NCBI GenBank assembly: GCA_013239625.1
Contig: MU056050.1
Location: 6,649,838-6,713,837, forward strand
Source of the DNA: Lama guanicoe
Lineage: Eukaryota
DNA: 64,000 nt
Direction of reading: 5' to 3'
The position numbers and the translations under genes are program-made. Positions 59,121 to 64,000 of this stretch are shown here, piece by piece. Positions within the stretch are counted from its first letter, which is position 1; every line of letters starts with the position of its first letter. The notes below the pieces were generated by a model. It was given only the letters and a program-made list of their open reading frames with translations. It had not been told where the DNA came from and made no database searches.

Positions 59121-61369
59121 AAGGCTGGAGATTAGCCTCCCACAGCTATCTCTTGGGCAGGTAGGGCAGAGGTTGGAACCTGGTGCTGAGTCCAGGGTTA
59201 CCGCCTCCCCTCCCCTCTGCCAGTTAGCTTCGCTCTAATCTCCCCTCCACACTGACTACTGCTGCCCCACTATCCGCAGCAACCATCTCACTAATGTGCC
59301 CTGCTGTTCTCCAAGGCCGCCGTGCAAGGGAGCCAGGATGCCTAACGCAGTCCAGTTCCTCAGGCAGAAAATGCAAAGGGCACGCCCCGTTGAAGGGGAT
59401 CTCCATCCGCATACCCCTTTGGCCAGGCCAGGACTAGAGACTCATTTCCCTTGGCCTCCCTTTCAAGTCTCCATCCGTACCTCCATATGAGCTAAACCAG
59501 ACAACCTCACTCCTCTATCTCCTCCTGAGTCTCTCCCAGGCCTAGAGCTGAGAGGGGTATGGGTCACAGTGGATCCCAGTGGGTTGTGCTGATTCTGATC
59601 CTAGCATGCCACTTGGCCAATCCTCTGGGTTGTGCAGACAGGCCCTTTGTGTGGACATGCTGGTTCTCTACCCATATTCTTATTCTCGCAGGTGGGGACT
59701 TTCCACTCCCAGTAGCTCACTAGGAATTTCTAAGTCCTCCTGGTTGCCTTGACCCAGTGTCCATCTTCCTAGATTTCCTGAGAGGAAGGCTGGCAGGTAG
59801 AACAAGGGTGAATATTTTGGAAGTAGGAAAGTGCAGGTAAAAACTCATTGGCTGTAGAATGATGTCAGACTGTAACGGAAGTAGTTTCTGTCCCAGACAC
59901 CTCTGGGCAGAATTAATTGGTCTTTTCTCTGGGCTCCCATAGCATAGGATTTATACCTCTATTATCACATTGTATTGTAATTATTTGTTTACATGTTTCT
60001 TCCCTTTGCTAAATGGTGAGCTCCTGGAGGGCAGAAACTATGCCTTATTTATCTCTGCAGCTCCCCACCAGATCTTGGCTCACAAAAGGGCTGTTGAATA
60101 AATGAACCAGAAATGGAAGGGATTCAGTTAGATGACCTCAAGGATCTTGTTCGGCTCTAATATTCTGTGATGCAATTTAAACACACACCCATAGCTGCAC
60201 TCACATACATGTAAACACACAGAGCAGACAGACAAACACATCATGCCACAGTCTGGGTGTCAGTGTAAGACCACTCCTTGGAAAACCAACAGACGTTACA
60301 TGATGCCAAGTAACTGGCCTTTTGAAAGTTGAATCTTCAAACCTAAACATCTGAAGTGTCGACAGCCAACGTCACAACTGGTTTGGCTGATTTTTTTTTT
60401 CACTGCCCTGACTTTTTAAGCAGCCACATCCCTACGTATAGAAGCAGTGAACATTAGAGCTGAAAAGGCCCTCTGAGATGCTCTGGTACAAGTCTCCTCA
60501 TTTTACAGATGCGCTGGTCCAAAGTCAGACAGGAGTGGGAATATCAGTCCCCGCACTGGTGCCACTCGGAGCATGCACGTGTATGTCACATGTTTGTATG
60601 CAGGCACCACTGCTGACATGCACAGGCGTGGGTGCATCCCTGAAACATGTGCCACCACTCGCCCCACCACCGCATACCCTCCCCCCAACACCCACCTAGC
60701 AAACCAGGACGGTTCCACCCCCATGTGGCTGCTGAGCAAGGGAGGGCAGGAGTCACCCGGGCCTGGGCAGCCCTTACCAGAGCGCGAAGGGAAGCCGACA
60801 GGTTTGCAGCTGCCATTTAATGTGCTCGGCTGGCTGGCCCGTCTCCCCTCGACTCTCCTCTGTCTGCAGAGGGCGAGGAGAGGAGACATTCCGGGCTCAT
60901 TCCAGCGAGCCGTGTGCACGCTGCAGGCGTGGTATGTGAGTAAGCGGCGCGTTTCCAGCTGCTGCCTTACACTTCGAGGGCTGACAGGCTACCCCCTCCC
61001 CCCAGACAAAACTCCTCACCCACCGCTGGCCTCTCTTAACACGGGCATGATTAAGGCAACCAGGACCGGTGCAAGCCCATCTCAAAAGGAGAAGAATTAC
61101 GGCTTTTTCTCCACCTCGCCTGCCCACCTTTTCCTAGGGGACCTCCTCTCTCAGACCCACCTCTAGGTGGAAGCCCAGGCAGACTTAACGCACTCCCACC
61201 ACCCCACCCCACCCCCGCCTGCCTCCAGTAGCCCCACTACAGCGCACTCCTTTAACACTCCCGTAAATAGTGTGTGCCCTAATCACTGATGCCCACTGAT
61301 TTCCCCCCATCAGGGTCCTCTCTCCCACCTCCACCCCACTTAACATGAGCATCCCTTCCTTGCCTTTGT

Positions 61370-61560
61370 AGGAGGGTGCTTTATAGATTTCAAAGGGTTT
61401 TCTCATCCGTGTTTTATTTTACCTTTACCACAGCCCTGTAAGGCAAGTATTAGTAGCTTCATCTGACACACCGGGAGACTGAAGCTCAGAGAAGATAAGC
61501 AAGCTGCCCAAGATCACCCAGCTAACACATGAGGATGGGGCAGGGCCACAACCTCTATCT
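61370..61560. mobile_element. MIR
   Basis: gactgaagctcagagaag...cccaagatcacccagcta. Confidence 0.65.
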
Positions 61561-62169
61561 TTGACTACAAAGGGCATGTTTTGCCCACTCTGCCACCCTA
61601 ATGCCCAGTTGATGCCCAGCTCCCCAAAGGGAGGGAGACACCTTTCTGCTTCTTTTGTACCTCCAGGGTACCTGATGTAGGACTGACTCTGCACACAGTG
61701 GGCATTCCCAGGCCTGGGTAGACAGACAGACAGACGGTGCAACCAGCCAGTAAATCCTGGAAGCTCCAGGAAAGGAGAAGCACTTGCAGACTAAGGTGGT
61801 GTACCACCAGAGTCTTTTCAGCAGCCCCCATCCCTGGTCTCTTCTCAGTCCTAACTTGCTCAGAGAGAGCAGTGCCAAGGCCAGAGAGGACAGCACCCCT
61901 AGGGTGCAGACCCCGGCTCTCCTGCCCCTCTCCACTGGGCCTTCGGAGTATTCAGAGCTCATAAATAAAGCTAACATTGGAACTAGTTGTATACTAGTTC
62001 TACAAGGACTGTTTTCTGGATCCTTCTTTGCAGGGACGTATTGTGCCAATAGAATGCCCCAGGCCCCCACCCTTTCGTGCATCTCAAACTGAGGGGAGTC
62101 CCCCCTACTCTTTTATGAGTCTCAGCTGATTTCCCTTGAGAGATGCCCCACTCGGCAGCCCTCCTCCCC

Positions 62170-62330
62170 ACACCAATCGGACTCCCTCACTGTACCTGGT
62201 CCCCGCCCCGACTGTCTTCAGGGGCGGGGCCAGCCCTAGGGCAAGCTGGGGCAGGAAGTGGTTGCAATTACACACTCCCGCCCCGCTCTGGCTGCCGCTG
62301 CCCGAGTGACAATGTTAACTCGGCCGGCCC
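62170..62330. promoter_or_regulatory. Enhancer/promoter-like motif cluster
   Basis: CCAAT 62173; inverted GC boxes at 62201 and 62221; CAGGAAGTGGTTGCAAT 62252-62268; third GC box near 62278. Confidence 0.5.
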
Positions 62331-64000
62331 CAAACGTCAGGGTAGGAGCTGGAAGAGGGCTCGGCCTGGGGGCGCCTGGGCTAGAATGAAGCTCCCTTCC
62401 TGAGGGAAAGGAGTTTCCAAGGCTGGGAGAGGCTGGGAGAGGCTGGAAACCTGAATTGACTGCTGGTCACATCCAGGGATGAAGGGAGGAGATCGTGGGT
62501 CTCCCTCTCCACCCCAGCATGGCAGCCACCAGGCACCATCATCCCTTTTTAACCTGGCCACTAGCTAAAAGCAGCTTTTCCCTGCTGTTTGGGCCCCCTG
62601 CTTGCAACTGCCAGGACTGACAGGCCCCGACCCCTCCTACCACAGGAGGACAGGCTTTGATCCTCCACTGCTGCAAATCACCAGAGCACAGTGGCTTTAT
62701 ATCCTCCATTCTTCCCTAGTTTCTTGGGCATTCCCATCTGGGGCTGGCTCTGGGCCAGGTGGAGGGTGTGATTGGTAGGGCCACAGCCGTGGGCTAAGTA
62801 CCATGTAGAGAGAGGGGTAGGGAAGTCTGAGAATGTTTGGCTGGGATGGCTTCAGAACAATCTGGGGTGGGCTTTTACTGAGAGCACCTTTGACTCAGCA
62901 ATTCGGGGCTGCATTAGAGGGACGGAGGTAGCAGGGGGTTCAGTGAAGAGATTGGAGGAATGAAATGAAGGAGATATGGGAGTACAGGAGGGAGTGGGGA
63001 TGAGCGAACTAGTTAGGGCTTAAAAAAAAAAAGGCCTACAAACCCAGGGGAGACAGTGGGGGCTTCTCTTTGCCCTTCACTAGCATCTTCTCCTGCAAGA
63101 TCCATGTTCCTTCCAATGTCTGTCTGCAAAGCCCACACTCAGCGGTTGCCTCCTCAGCTTCAGAGTCTCATTTCACACCCTACTAAAAGCTTCAAGGCAC
63201 CCTCCTTCTTTTCTATTCTATTGAAACTCCTCCTCTTCTCCCCCAGGTCAGGCCTGCCCAGCCTGCTGAGAAGTGTTGGGGCTGCCCAAAGAAGAGGGTC
63301 TCTGCTCCCCATCCCAGCCATCCTGGCAGGAGCCAAAGTTTTGGGGCCCAGTCTGAGGGGCTATGGATCAGCAGCCCTTTCCCCCGGGGTTCCAGGCTCC
63401 CAGGAGACTGAGAAGCTGAGTCACAGGTAACTTCAGGCTCCATAGACAGCACAGCAAGAGAAAGAGAACAAAAAAAAAGAAAAGAAAAAGAAAAAGGTCG
63501 CACAAAGACAAACCAGGGGGCAAGTTTGTTACCTGGGGGGCAGGAGGGACTCTTCGCCCTGCCTTAGTCTTGCTTGACTCGCAGATGGAGATCACAATCA
63601 GAAGACTGTCTCTGAATTTGAGAGATGATGACAGGACACACGGTCAAATAAAGGAATAAGGATGGAGGTGTTTTGTAAACCAGTAAGTTCTATACAGATG
63701 TGAGAGATTACTATTATTATTAGAATGCATTACAAATTTTCATTTTGCTCCATTGGATCTGGTTTATTCGATACTCTCCTTAGAGGAACATGACACAGCC
63801 AGGTTAGCCTCGAGGCATTTGGGGCCCTGAGTGAAACAGGGTGTGTATGTGTGTTAGAGAGAGAGAGTCAGAGAGGGAGGGAAATGGCAGGGAGTCATTG
63901 GATGGAACCCCTTCCCTCAACATTTGCCCTGGAAAAATGGGGTTATACTGAACAAAGCTCGATTTGAAGGGAAAAAACCTCACAAATCATATAGCCAGAG

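Noticed and set aside
54301..61166. ORFs of 130-224 aa at 54301-55377, 58298-58945 and 60573-61166
   Set aside because: GC-rich, overlapping on both strands, low complexity, and not similar to any protein I recognise, including BCORL1.
1..64000. CRISPR arrays, rRNA, operon-like or phage systems
   Set aside because: Eukaryotic intron/repeat sequence; the direct repeats are TSDs or two-copy duplications, not repeat-spacer arrays.

Overview
Mammalian genomic DNA, most likely from a camelid: it carries five tRNA-derived vic-1-type SINEs with target-site duplications. It is probably the X chromosome, in the ZDHHC9-UTP14A-BCORL1 interval; that placement comes from known synteny, not from the sequence itself. 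Positions ~1.9-18.4 kb are mostly nested old repeats (L1, ERVL, MaLR, MER21, L2, MIR). The only recognisable protein-coding gene is UTP14A (+ strand, 15 coding exons, 19532-37536, ~773 aa, SSU-processome protein). Exons 2-15 join in frame with canonical GT-AG introns. The exon-1 donor that keeps the frame reads GA instead of GT, and a young 5'-truncated L1 splits the proximal promoter. The 3' UTR has an 18-bp hairpin directly before AATAAA. Downstream are three CpG islands with no recognisable gene (39-41 kb including a 593-nt N gap, 54.3-55.3 kb, 58.3-59.1 kb), several candidate non-coding exons, and three local direct duplications; two of these look like microhomology-flanked templated insertions. 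I found no rRNA, true tRNA or CRISPR features. I cannot show a wholly new biological system. The strongest leads are the non-canonical UTP14A intron 1, the L1-split promoter, the UTR hairpin and the templated insertions. Repeat family names are from recall and old-repeat boundaries are approximate.
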